64,000 bases of DNA from an uncultured delta proteobacterium (GTDB lineage Bacteria; Desulfobacterota; Binatia; UBA9968): NCBI GenBank assembly GCA_963755715.1, contig CAVWLW010000043.1, positions 64,001 through 128,000 on the forward strand, in the 5' to 3' direction. The translations under genes and the position numbers were made by a program. This document shows, piece by piece, positions 20,301 through 29,522 of this stretch. How positions within the stretch are numbered: the stretch's first letter is position 1; each line of letters starts with the position of its first letter. The notes under the pieces were generated by a model. That model saw only the letters and a program-made list of their open reading frames with translations. It was not told the origin of the DNA and did not search any database.

Positions 20301-21251
20301 ATGTCGACATTGAATTACCGCGATGCGGTCGCCAAGGCACTGCAAGATTCCATGCGCGAGGAGCCGCGCTTGATTATCATCGGACAGAACATTGCCAGCC
20401 ACGCGCTCAAGCAATTGGCCGATACCTACGGCACGGAACGAGTGCGCGATTCGTCGATCAGCGAGAGCGCGATGGTCGGTATGGCCGTCGGCGCGGCGAT
20501 GAAAGGCATGAAAGTCGTGGTCATGATCGCCTACGCCGACATCGCGTCGGTGTGCCATATGGCGATCGTGCAGAGCGCGGCAAAACTTCATTATCTGACC
20601 AACGGTCGTCTAAAGTGTCCCGTGATCATCCGGTTGCCGATCGCGCGTTTTCGCGGCCATGGGCCGGAAGGGAACGAAGTCGGCGCGTCGTGGTTTTACA
20701 ATGTGCCGGATTTGAACATCGCCATGCCGGGCTCGACGAGTGAAGCTTACTGGATTTTTCGCGAGGCATTGCAACGGCCAACGCCGACGCTGTTTTTCGA
20801 AGATCGCTCGATTCACTTGCGATCGGGAGAAGTGAACGACACTAATCCCGGGAGCAAAGCGCGGGTCACTCGCTCCGGCGGCAAGTTAACCATCATCGCG
20901 GCGGGCCGGACCGCTGCGCTAGCTGAAGACGCTGCGGATGAATTGGCCAATCAAGGAATTCGCGACGCCGTCGAAATCGTGAGCCTGGGTTTCATCAAGC
21001 CGTTGGATAAGGAAACCGTGCTCAAGTCCTCAAGTAAGACGGGCAGAGTTTTGATCGTGCAGGACGAGCCCGCTGTGTCCGGCTACGCGCCCTACGTCCG
21101 GTGCGTGCTCGATGAATTACCCGCGACGAAACTTGCGCTGGCGCCGCGCATTCTCGCCGGCGCAGACCAGTATCTGCCGTACTGGGATGAGCGGCCGTTT
21201 TTGCCTTCTGTGGAAGGTGTGATGGCCGCGGCAAAGGATTTGATGCGATGA
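20301..21251 (+). CDS. ThDP-dependent dehydrogenase E1 beta-like subunit
   Basis: YGTERVRDSSISESAMVGMAVGAA, PTLFFE, KPLDKETVLKSSSKTGRVLIV. Confidence 0.85.
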   Translation: MSTLNYRDAVAKALQDSMREEPRLIIIGQNIASHALKQLADTYGTERVRDSSISESAMVGMAVGAAMKGMKVVVMIAYADIASVCHMAIVQSAAKLHYLTNGRLKCPVIIRLPIARFRGHGPEGNEVGASWFYNVPDLNIAMPGSTSEAYWIFREALQRPTPTLFFEDRSIHLRSGEVNDTNPGSKARVTRSGGKLTIIAAGRTAALAEDAADELANQGIRDAVEIVSLGFIKPLDKETVLKSSSKTGRVLIVQDEPAVSGYAPYVRCVLDELPATKLALAPRILAGADQYLPYWDERPFLPSVEGVMAAAKDLMR

Positions 21252-22270
21252 AAACATACAGCGAAATTCTACTGCTGACTGGCGCGCTAGCGGTGCTAGG
21301 TTTTGGACACGCGATCGCTCAAGTGGCGAATCCTGAACTGCTCGCCCAGGCGAAGAAGGAAGGGCGGGTGACTTGGTACACCACTGTTTCCATCCCTGAG
21401 AGCAAGCAATTCATGGACATGTTTGAGAAACAGTATCCGTTCATAAAAGTGGATCTGCTTCGTTCCGGCTCCGGGCCGCTGGTCAATCGCATTGTCAGCG
21501 AGTACGCGGCAAAGACCTACGCCGCGGACGTCCTGCACGGCATGTCCAGCCGGGGCGGATTCACCGTGCTCAAGCAAAGAAATATCATCGGCCGCTACGA
21601 CTCGCCCGAGCGCAAATATTATTCCGCCGACCTCAAGGACAAGGATGGATTCTGGTCGTCTACCTTTCAGAACACGTTTGTATTGGCTTATAACAAGCGC
21701 AACGTAAAACCTGACGATGTTCCGAAAACCTACGAGGATTTGCTGAAGCCCACGTGGAAGGGCAGGCAGATCATCAACGACACGGACAACTTCGAATGGT
21801 TCGACGGGCTGCTTAAGTTTTGGGGCCGCGATAAAGGCATGGCCTATTTCAAGCGGCTGGCGCAGCAAGACCAGATCTTTCAGCGCGGCGCGCGGGGGCG
21901 CATCCAACTCGTGGCGGCAGGCGAAGCGCCGCTGACGATCGGCTACGGTCCGCATGCGCAAAGTTTCGTCAACCAGGGCGCGCCCATCGAGTGGGTGCCG
22001 TTGGAGCCGGTCGTAGTGATCGTGAACAGCATCAGTATCGCGCAGCGCGCGCCGCATCCGGCGGCGGCAAAACTGTTTATCGACTTTCTGCTCTCCAAAA
22101 CGGCACAGACGAAATTACGCGAGATGAGCAGGATTCCATCGCGCAGCGATGTCGAATCGGACCCACCTCGTCTCATCAAGGGCTTCAAAAAAGTCGTTCA
22201 GGACATCGAAAACGAGAGCATGTCCGAGTCGATCAAGCTCTTTCAGCAAACGTTTAGTTTGGCTCCTTGA
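21248..22270 (+). CDS. Extracellular solute-binding protein (AfuA/FbpA-like)
   Basis: Signal peptide; AKKEGRVTWYT, PKTYEDLLKPTWKG, APHPAAAKLFIDFLLS. Confidence 0.88.
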   Translation: MKTYSEILLLTGALAVLGFGHAIAQVANPELLAQAKKEGRVTWYTTVSIPESKQFMDMFEKQYPFIKVDLLRSGSGPLVNRIVSEYAAKTYAADVLHGMSSRGGFTVLKQRNIIGRYDSPERKYYSADLKDKDGFWSSTFQNTFVLAYNKRNVKPDDVPKTYEDLLKPTWKGRQIINDTDNFEWFDGLLKFWGRDKGMAYFKRLAQQDQIFQRGARGRIQLVAAGEAPLTIGYGPHAQSFVNQGAPIEWVPLEPVVVIVNSISIAQRAPHPAAAKLFIDFLLSKTAQTKLREMSRIPSRSDVESDPPRLIKGFKKVVQDIENESMSESIKLFQQTFSLAP

Positions 22271-22397
22271 TAGCAAATAAACTGGTTCAACACGTTCAAA
22301 TCGTTCGCAGGCGGAACGGTGCCTCGCAGTTGCGATCGAGCGGTATGGGGCATTGGCCAACTCAAGATAACGTTTTGAAGATTTATTGGGGAAGACA

Positions 22398-23237
22398 ATG
22401 GCGATTGCGAATGTAAATGGCGTCGAGATTTACTATGAAACACAAGGGAGCGGAGAGCCGGTTCTGCTGGTTCCGCCGAGCTGGTGGCCGTGCGCAACGT
22501 GGAACGTCGTTGTAGTTCCGATCCTTTCGCGGCGCTATCGCACGATCATCTATGACGGCCGCGGGACGGGACGAAGCGGTAAGCCCAAGGATGATTACAC
22601 CGTACGTCAGTTCGCCGCCGATGGCATCGAGCTTCTGAAGCAGCTCGGTATTACCCGATGTCACGTCGTTGGCTTCGCGATTGGCGGTCAGATCGTGCAG
22701 GCGATGGCGATCGATCGGCCCGATCTCATCGCGAGTCTGACGATCGCCGCCACCGGTCCGGGCTCGCGACGGCTCGATGGGACACCGCGGGAAGTCGGAC
22801 CGGAAGCTTTACAGGACATCGAGAAGATCGGCTTCGAGAAATACATCCGCACGCATATCGACAACGACCACATGGCGTACAATCCCGATTACTACCGCGA
22901 CCATCGCGAAGTGGCCGCAAGTTTGGCGCAGGCGCTGTGGTCGGGGCAAAGCACGGTCGAGCAGTATCATATCCATGAACAAGCGCGGCCTAGCTGGGAT
23001 ACTTTAGCCGAAGCGCCGAAGGTAAAAGTGCCGACGCTGGTTCTTTGCGGCGCGGACGATGGCGTCGAACGGCGCGGCAGCACGCCCGCGGCGACCGCGA
23101 AGATGCTGGCGCCGTTGATTCCGGGAGCGGAGTTAGCGCTGATTCCAAAGACCAGACATATGACGTTCTGGGATGGCGACGGCGCGCTGATCGCGTTACA
23201 AGGTTTCTTGGCGCGCCATCCGATCCGCACACATTGA
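22398..23237 (+). CDS. Alpha/beta-hydrolase-fold protein lacking the nucleophile Ser (copy 3)
   Basis: PPSWWPCATW, GFAIGG, CGADDGV, RHMTFWDG. Confidence 0.85.
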   Translation: MAIANVNGVEIYYETQGSGEPVLLVPPSWWPCATWNVVVVPILSRRYRTIIYDGRGTGRSGKPKDDYTVRQFAADGIELLKQLGITRCHVVGFAIGGQIVQAMAIDRPDLIASLTIAATGPGSRRLDGTPREVGPEALQDIEKIGFEKYIRTHIDNDHMAYNPDYYRDHREVAASLAQALWSGQSTVEQYHIHEQARPSWDTLAEAPKVKVPTLVLCGADDGVERRGSTPAATAKMLAPLIPGAELALIPKTRHMTFWDGDGALIALQGFLARHPIRTH

Positions 23238-23498
23238 ACCTCGCCGGAAATAGTTCCCGCCGGCACACGACGTAGGGCGCGATTCATCCCGCCTGAGAGA
23301 AGATCGGCAATTCTTGCTGCACAGAAGCCAAAATAAAGGGGCGGGTTTCAAACATATCCCCCTCACGTCCAACAAGTTTCATAAACTTCTAACTACACGG
23401 AAAGACAACACAGTGAAAAGTCGCAAAGCCGGCTAATGTCGATCTTTGTGCATTAACTATCGTGAAGTTTTCGAGAAGTCCGGAAGGGGGCTCGCTCG

Positions 23499-23535
23499 AA
23501 AAAATGGCCCCCGAGAGCTGGAACTCTCAGAGGCC
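23499..23535 (-). terminator. Rho-independent terminator
   Basis: Minus strand GGCCTCTGAGAG-TTCCAG-CTCTCGGGGGCC followed by ATTTTTT. Confidence 0.65.
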
Positions 23536-23659
23536 GGAAAGGTTTGACGATATCGCAATTATTATTTCCGCATGGGGCGGAAATAGCGAGATGGTGAACG
23601 CGATCTATGTCCGGTGACGCATTATCACTTGATCACCTTGTCCGCCCGCGCCAGCAAGG

Positions 23660-24415
23660 CTATGGATTGAGCTGCACAGTCTTCTCAAGGCGCTGGCCGC
23701 GGCGAACGATTGATAAGGCAACCTGCTTGCCTCCATGCTCACGGAGAAGTTCGTTAAACGCTTGAGCATTGGCGATTGCAACGCCGTCTACAGCGATTAC
23801 CACGTCGCCTATCTGCAAATCCGCATTAAAGGCCGGGCTCTCATCAACGACTAATCGGACCACTGCGCCCTGGTTGGTTTGGAGTTCTTGGCGTTCTGCG
23901 TCGTTGAGGTCACGGCTCAACGCACCTAGTCGGAACCGTTGCTTCACGAAGTAGACCGCGCCATAGTCTGACAGGGCAATTGTGGCCGGCACATAGGATG
24001 TGATGTCATCGAGAGCCCTGCTGGAGTCTTTGGGGGCCCTTGTTAGTATCGTAATCGGAATGTCATAAGTCACCGTCCCGGCGTACCTAGGATTCAGAAT
24101 TAGTACCAGGTCCGCACCTACGTCCTGTGCCTGACGAACAGCTGAATCCTCCGACTCAGGGTGACCGGTCTTGAACATTGAGTTGCCAATCATGATGTAG
24201 CCGCGCTTTGCGTAGGCATCAAGAATCATCTTGCTGTCGCCGCGCTCTGCGCGCTCCACGATGGGTGTAGCCGGTGGTGGCGCCACACGTATAGCCGCTA
24301 CAGCCTCCGGAGTCGCACCCTGCGCCTGCTTGTAGAACTCCTTGTATCCACTACATGCAGTGAGGAATAACGTAAAGAAAAGAGGAAGGAACGGACTCGA
24401 AAGTGCCTTGATCAC
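23660..24415 (-). CDS. PDZ-domain lipoprotein
   Basis: Lipobox LTAC; C-terminal PDZ (SPAFNADLQIGDVVIAVDG...VRRGQ). Confidence 0.75.
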   Translation of the reverse strand: MIKALSSPFLPLFFTLFLTACSGYKEFYKQAQGATPEAVAAIRVAPPPATPIVERAERGDSKMILDAYAKRGYIMIGNSMFKTGHPESEDSAVRQAQDVGADLVLILNPRYAGTVTYDIPITILTRAPKDSSRALDDITSYVPATIALSDYGAVYFVKQRFRLGALSRDLNDAERQELQTNQGAVVRLVVDESPAFNADLQIGDVVIAVDGVAIANAQAFNELLREHGGKQVALSIVRRGQRLEKTVQLNP

Positions 24416-24416
24416 A

Positions 24417-24551
24417 GGAGCCTCCTTGCTCTGCGGCTGGTGAGAGCCCCGAGATGTAACTAATCCGCGGGATGTTGGTGGGTCGCTGCGCTTCGGCTCG
24501 ATGAATTGAGACGAGAAGCAGAACCGGGAGCAGCCAAAACTTTCTATTCAT
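24417..24551 (-). pseudogene. Truncated N-terminus of an ABC_sub_bind-type substrate-binding protein
   Basis: MNRKFWLLPVLLLVSIHRAEAQRPTNIPRISYISG resembles the start of 57576..58566 (AQQPTKGPPRIGAI), then breaks off. Confidence 0.5.
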
Positions 24552-25108
24552 AGCCAGCCCTTCACCGCAATGGATATGCCACAAAGGCGGGCGATATTAA
24601 AATCAGTATTTTTTATCGCGAGAACAGTCGTTGAGCGTGGCGATTCGACAACAGGAGCTGTATCAGATTTGATTCGTGGGGTGAACGACAGCTCTCACCG
24701 ATCACAACGCCTTTCGCCCAAACAGCCACCGACCGGTAACAATCGTTAGATAGGCGAACGCCAAACCCAAGGCGATGCTCACCATAAAGGCGAACGGATT
24801 GACCCATCGCGCTACAACAACGAAGGCCAAAACATTGGCCACGAAAATGTAGGCGTAGAACTTGACGGCGTACGGCATGAAGCCGGGGGTTTATCGTTGA
24901 TGGGGTTGGATTGCAACCCGACGCCGGAGAGGGCGCCGGATTTATTGAGCCATCGCCTCAAGCATTAGGAACAATAGATAGCCGACCAATATTGTGGCGA
25001 TGATAACGAAAGGGTGAGATTCAACCCATCGGTGGCGGTCGGCGGCCGGTTGCTTTCTTTCCTCAACCTGCGCTAGAAGAACCTTCTGCGGTCACGGAGG
25101 TTGGCGAT

Positions 25109-25366
25109 ATGGCCGTTGATAAACGTAAGGCGCTTCAACCCGTCCTGGATAGCATCGAAAAGGGATGGCAGATCATAAAGCCGTCTCCCCTGAATCCGGA
25201 TGACCTCGACACCGAATGCATTTTTCAACACAGAGCAGCAGGACACGAACAAGTAAGAATTGTTATTGATAATAGCCTTTTCCGACTCAGCAACATATCC
25301 GAACTTCAAGACCTCGTTCGATCAGTAATCAAACCTGGCCCTAACATTTACTTAGCGAGACCGTAG
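25109..25366 (+). CDS. Hypothetical protein
   Basis: 85-aa ORF with RBS GGAGG and protein-like composition; no recognised motif. Confidence 0.45.
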   Translation: MAVDKRKALQPVLDSIEKGWQIIKPSPLNPDDLDTECIFQHRAAGHEQVRIVIDNSLFRLSNISELQDLVRSVIKPGPNIYLARP

Positions 25367-25616
25367 GCCCGGCTCTTTCAATTTCAACCACTGGCGACAA
25401 ATCCGGTTTTCCATCGTCGATCCATTTTTTGGCGAATGTAAGGCCTTCTATTTCCGCTTTTTGTCGTACACGAAATCTGCGCTTATCAGTTAACTTAATA
25501 AGCCTTCCTTTGCCGTCTTCACTCCAAATTACCTTAATGCGTGGTTCCCACTGACGCGTAGCAGGCACCGGCGCAGTTGAAACAATGATGTTGTGACCTT
25601 TATGGCTTTCGTTCAT
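25341..25616 (-). CDS. Small hypothetical protein (CV_2116-like family, copy A)
   Basis: HKGHNI...WEPRIKVIW...F...KAEIEGLTFAKKWID; RBS GGAAG. Confidence 0.6.
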   Translation of the reverse strand: MNESHKGHNIIVSTAPVPATRQWEPRIKVIWSEDGKGRLIKLTDKRRFRVRQKAEIEGLTFAKKWIDDGKPDLSPVVEIERAGPTVSLSKC

Positions 25617-25749
25617 GAGGCTTCCTTCTTAGTCGAATTATTTCTCTGAAGAGAAATTGTCTTTGATTAGGTATTTGGGAGCAAGCTTTATCGCTGGATT
25701 GCAACCTGATACCGGCGAGGGCGCCGGATCTTTGGAGCGGTGAGCGGAA

Positions 25750-26180
25750 AGTAAAAGTGAAATTTAGTCACGGTTGAGCAGTTCGGCACAGCGCGATACG
25801 TCCCACCATCCCCAGGTGTCACGCGTGATCTCGATGCGTTTGACCGTCCCATCAGCAGCCGGCAAAAGCGAACCTCGCAAATAATCGGAATCGTAGTCGC
25901 TGGCGTGTAGCTTGAATTGCCCTGAATCTGCCCGTACTTATTTACCGTTCCAGAGAAATTCGACGAGCCAGGGAGCGTAAGCGAATTCATGCCCGAGTGC
26001 CAAGTGTAGAACTTGTCGCCGTTCGATAATGCGTACTCACTGACTGGTGGACCATAGCTGATAAAAAATTGATCGATGTGCCGGCCTGTATAACGTTCAC
26101 CCGAGCGATCCAGCCACGCCCTGCGTTGTGGTGCAGGCTGCTAAAAATAAAGCGCCGGCAAGCAATGCTCGATAGGGCAT
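25750..26180 (-). pseudogene. Small lipoprotein, frameshifted (3' end approximate)
   Basis: MPYRALLAGALFLAACTTT, then in a shifted frame YTGRHIDQFFISYGPP...YTW...CEV. Confidence 0.5.
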
Positions 26181-26459
26181 GGAGCGGCGTTTAAGGGCTA
26201 GGCGGCTTTAGCGGATCGCAAATCTTTTTTGCTAGATCGAGGCCGCGTCTTGCATCCGTGAGGTCCTCTATGTTGCTTTTGATCTGGCTTTTCTTTTCCT
26301 CTAGTCGTCTGATCATTCATCCGTCAATTCCTGCGCCGTATAGTCCTTTAGGTTAGCCATCAGTGACCTCCAAGCCCGACGATTTAGCGCGATCATGTAC
26401 CGCACACCAGGAGAAAGCAGTCCTTCAGTTGCCGCCGATCGCACCGGCGCCCAATTTGA

Positions 26460-26560
26460 TCACGCCCGCGGGTGCGTGTTCGCGTGCACGCTCTTCACTT
26501 GGCGAATCGCCACGCCCGTATAAATTTCCGTGGTGATGATCGAAGCGCGTGACCTGCTAG
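26460..26560 (-). pseudogene. C-terminal remnant of a XerC/D-like tyrosine recombinase
   Basis: Reads LAGHA/SIITTEIYTGVAIRQVKSVHANTHPRA* with one indel; matches box II LLGHxxxxTTxIYT...HPRA. Confidence 0.65.
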
Positions 26561-26691
26561 AGAAGGGGTAGACAGAGACCACCCTGAGTGGGTAGTATGA
26601 AAGTTGCTACCGAAACTTAATTGCGTTTTTCTTACTACACCTCGCCAGGCCAGTCAGGGCCGGAACGCCTTACAAATGGGGAGTTCTGCGC

Positions 26692-26916
26692 ATGTCTACC
26701 GTACTGTATAGAAAATACTATACGTTAATCTCTCGACCACGCTATGATGAGAAGTTTCGCCTCTGGTTTCCGTACGCTAGTATCTCTTGGTATGGCGACA
26801 CGTTTCATTATCAGCAGTTCAAAGACTTTGAAAAGTCATTCCAGACAGAAGAACAAGCGTTAGCTTTTGGCTTCGGCGCTGCTCGCAGTTGGATTGACGA
26901 GCATAAGTCAGACTGA
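26692..26916 (+). CDS. Small hypothetical protein (CV_2116-like family, copy B)
   Basis: YRKYYTLI...WFPYASISW...FQTEEQALAFGFGAARSWID; RBS GGGAG. Confidence 0.65.
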   Translation: MSTVLYRKYYTLISRPRYDEKFRLWFPYASISWYGDTFHYQQFKDFEKSFQTEEQALAFGFGAARSWIDEHKSD

Positions 26917-26950
26917 ACTACGACAGCGAAATTATTTGGCTTATCTCTTT

Positions 26951-27406
26951 TTACTGCCGTTGCCGGAAGTGATCCGCAAACTTTTGTGAATTCGGCAAAA
27001 AAGTTGTAGAGCATGAAGGACGCGAGCCATCGGGTGTTGCCGAGCTATTCCGACTGAGTTGACCGATGGCTTCTTTAGAAAATGCCCCGTGTAATCCGCT
27101 GGAGTGGTCTTGTAGTCTTTGGCTTTGTTCCAAAAGTGCTTCGGTAGATGGTGGCATTTGCCGCTCCCGATGGCTCACTCTTGGGGATTCCAAAATCTGC
27201 TTATCAATCCATTGTCGTCCCAGTATAAAACCAAGCTCGATTGCCTTTTCTTGGATAATAAAAGCGTGGTGGGTCAGGATTGTGTTTAGAACTCCGGCGG
27301 AATCACCGCGCCGTATTTCCACAACCGGAGTGAATTGATACTGGTTTGGCGTATCGAAGATAACAGAAACGGAAATGAGATGCCCGCTGTATTTTAGGTT
27401 GGCCAC
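26951..27406 (-). CDS. Small hypothetical protein (CV_2116-like domain plus extension, copy C)
   Basis: YSGHLI...FTPVVEI...F...EKAIELGFILGRQWID; RBS AAGGAG. Confidence 0.55.
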   Translation of the reverse strand: MANLKYSGHLISVSVIFDTPNQYQFTPVVEIRRGDSAGVLNTILTHHAFIIQEKAIELGFILGRQWIDKQILESPRVSHRERQMPPSTEALLEQSQRLQDHSSGLHGAFSKEAIGQLSRNSSATPDGSRPSCSTTFLPNSQKFADHFRQRQ

Positions 27407-27645
27407 AACTCCTTACCTCTTTTCCCGTGGGGGCTTCCGGCCATCACTGGCCCGGCGCTTTAAGCTCTCACGTCTATTCTAACTTAAACATTAGCTATGG
27501 CAGGCCGCGAACGGCGTCGGTCTAATATTTAGACACTTTTGGAAAAAAAAGAGCCGTCAAACGTAGACACCTTGCTTACTTGATCACCTGAAGAATCTGA
27601 TACGCTATCGCGCCGCTCAGCATGTGGCAATATAAATAACCAGTT

Positions 27646-27858
27646 TCATCCAATTCTTTTTTGTGTCCTTGACAAACGATCAGAGGCACGATGGCTGAGC
27701 GAGTTTGGTGATTTAATGGACTCCATCGTCTCTTTAGCACGAGCAATGACTTTTCTTGATTCTTGGAAATCTTTTTGAAAGGCTTCGCGCAGTATGCGAG
27801 ACTCTTCTTGTAGTCGTCTGTTGATCCTCCAAAAGTTTATCGATGTGGGTTGTGGCAT
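27646..27858 (-). CDS. Small coiled-coil hypothetical protein
   Basis: RBS GAGGAGG; helical RRLQEESRILRE...ESRKVIARAKE. Confidence 0.4.
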   Translation of the reverse strand: MPQPTSINFWRINRRLQEESRILREAFQKDFQESRKVIARAKETMESIKSPNSLSHRASDRLSRTQKRIG

Positions 27859-28303
27859 TGGAACCTCCTCTGTCGGTTAGGGCTTGCGCTCCCGGTCCTA
27901 TGGGCCGGCAAATGGATAAGCTCAAACGGTTGTTGGATCTGCCAAGTTTAGGCTTGGATGCGCAACCAAAGTAATCTTTTTGGGAAGGTCCAACCACTGA
28001 GAATTATTCCAAGTCTGCGCTTCATTTCCGGTTCGGGTGGTATTCCGGTTATACTCAACTTCAATGAGGTGTTTCTTCGCTTCGATTTCTACTGACCATG
28101 TCCTGTCCATTATGATCCTCCAAAATGGGTGGGCTGGTAGGCCCACCGTCCAAAAATTTCATAACGCAATTCAATTCGTGAGCTAAACGTACGCCAATGG
28201 GTAGGAATTGCTGTCCAATAGTAGACAATTTTCGGAAAATTATTGTAGGCTTTGAGCTCTCCGCAAGCAGCCCACGAGCAGCGCCCGTCCTGTGCGCATT
28301 GCT

Positions 28304-28520
28304 TTAGTTCTTGAAGACTACGGCAAAAAATTTCTGCGTTGCCGCCCAACGCCCGCACATTGGCTTGGTCATTGGCCGGCGAGTCCGGTGTGCTGAAAGC
28401 CTGATCGGCGCCACTGTAGAGTTCCAGTTGCCAATCGACCTGGGTCTGGCACAGCTCCTTGATCGCGAGATCGTAAGCATCCCGATCTTCCTATCTATGG
28501 GACCATGAACCGATCGGCGG
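28304..28520 (-). pseudogene. C-terminal remnant of a dienelactone-hydrolase-family protein
   Basis: Reads VDWQLELYSGADQAFSTP...ANVRA/WAATQKFFAVVFKN*; the catalytic His position reads Gln and there is no N-terminus. Confidence 0.5.
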
Positions 28521-28733
28521 GAATGCGAGCAATCGATGCGGCGCGGGGCGGTGGGCAGAAAATAAGCGTCAGCATTGATGACGGAAAATAACGGCCGGCA
28601 AGCGGCGTTCAAAGTTCAAGGTCAGATTAGAAACCCGGAATCGGTTCAAAACGTTCGAACAGTCTGCCCTGAGTTAATCGGCATCCATCTTTGCTGACAA
28701 ACGACATGCGCAGAGAAACCGCTTAAGCACTTG

Positions 28734-29258
28734 CTATTTCTTCTCTGCGCTTTTCTCGGCGGGAATCACCTCTGCCTCGATTTTAACAGGAGCGACGCCG
28801 CCCTTGGTCATGCCCAATTCTTTTGCTGCGCCTTTTGAAAGGTCGATATCACGCCCTTTAACGTAAGGGCCGCGATCGTTGATTTTGACATCTACAGAGG
28901 TTCCGTTTTCCAGGTTCGTAACGGTAGCCTTCGTTCCCAGCGGCAAGGTCGGATGAGCTGCAGTTTTTTCGTTTTGATCGAATTTTTCTCCGGTCGCTGT
29001 TTTCTTACCATGGAAACCGGGGCCATAAAATGAAGCTTCCCCAACCTGTTCGACAATCGGCTTGCCGTCGCTGCCTTTATTGACAGTAACTTTGTCCTTC
29101 ACCAAATCCTGGCTGCCTTCGGCCTTTTCGGTATGTTCCACTTTTCGTTTTACTTTTTCTGCGATCTTTTTGGCCTCTTTGGTGTCCTTGTCCTCGCTTG
29201 AGACGGTTCCGCTCAAGGCCAGGGAGATTAGAAGAGGAATCAGAATGCGTGTAGCCAT
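28734..29258 (-). CDS. rlpA: RlpA-family (DPBB) septal ring lytic transglycosylase-like protein
   Basis: GEASFYGPGFHGKKTATGE, TAAHPTLPLGT, INDRGPY, IDLSKGAA; signal peptide. Confidence 0.85.
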   Translation of the reverse strand: MATRILIPLLISLALSGTVSSEDKDTKEAKKIAEKVKRKVEHTEKAEGSQDLVKDKVTVNKGSDGKPIVEQVGEASFYGPGFHGKKTATGEKFDQNEKTAAHPTLPLGTKATVTNLENGTSVDVKINDRGPYVKGRDIDLSKGAAKELGMTKGGVAPVKIEAEVIPAEKSAEKK

Positions 29259-29522
29259 AAGTATTCTCCATTTTGCTCCTCGTCGGCCTACGAAAATGGC
29301 GCTGCAAGAGCAACAGGGCCACGATTCACATACCCGGCGCAAAATTGTTACTGATACTTATTGGCAAGCCGTGTACCAACGACGGAATCGCTTGGAAATC
29401 TATTAGAAATCAAAGGGCGGAGGGCGTGTTTTCAGAAGGAGGGTCTTATACTTTGGAGGAAATTGACCTTAATGATCGAAAAGTTTGTCGGCCAATTCCC
29501 CCCCGGCGCGAAGCTTGTGGAA

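Noticed and set aside
27520-28226. GTCTA..TAGAC-like palindromes at 27520, 27556 and 28213
   Set aside because: Spacer lengths differ (total 15, 13 and 14 nt), so a shared operator is not supported.
23300-28700. Possible second integron cassette array or prophage
   Set aside because: No attC-like RYYYAAC...GTTRRRY fold-backs found, ORFs are in mixed orientation, and there are no phage structural genes.
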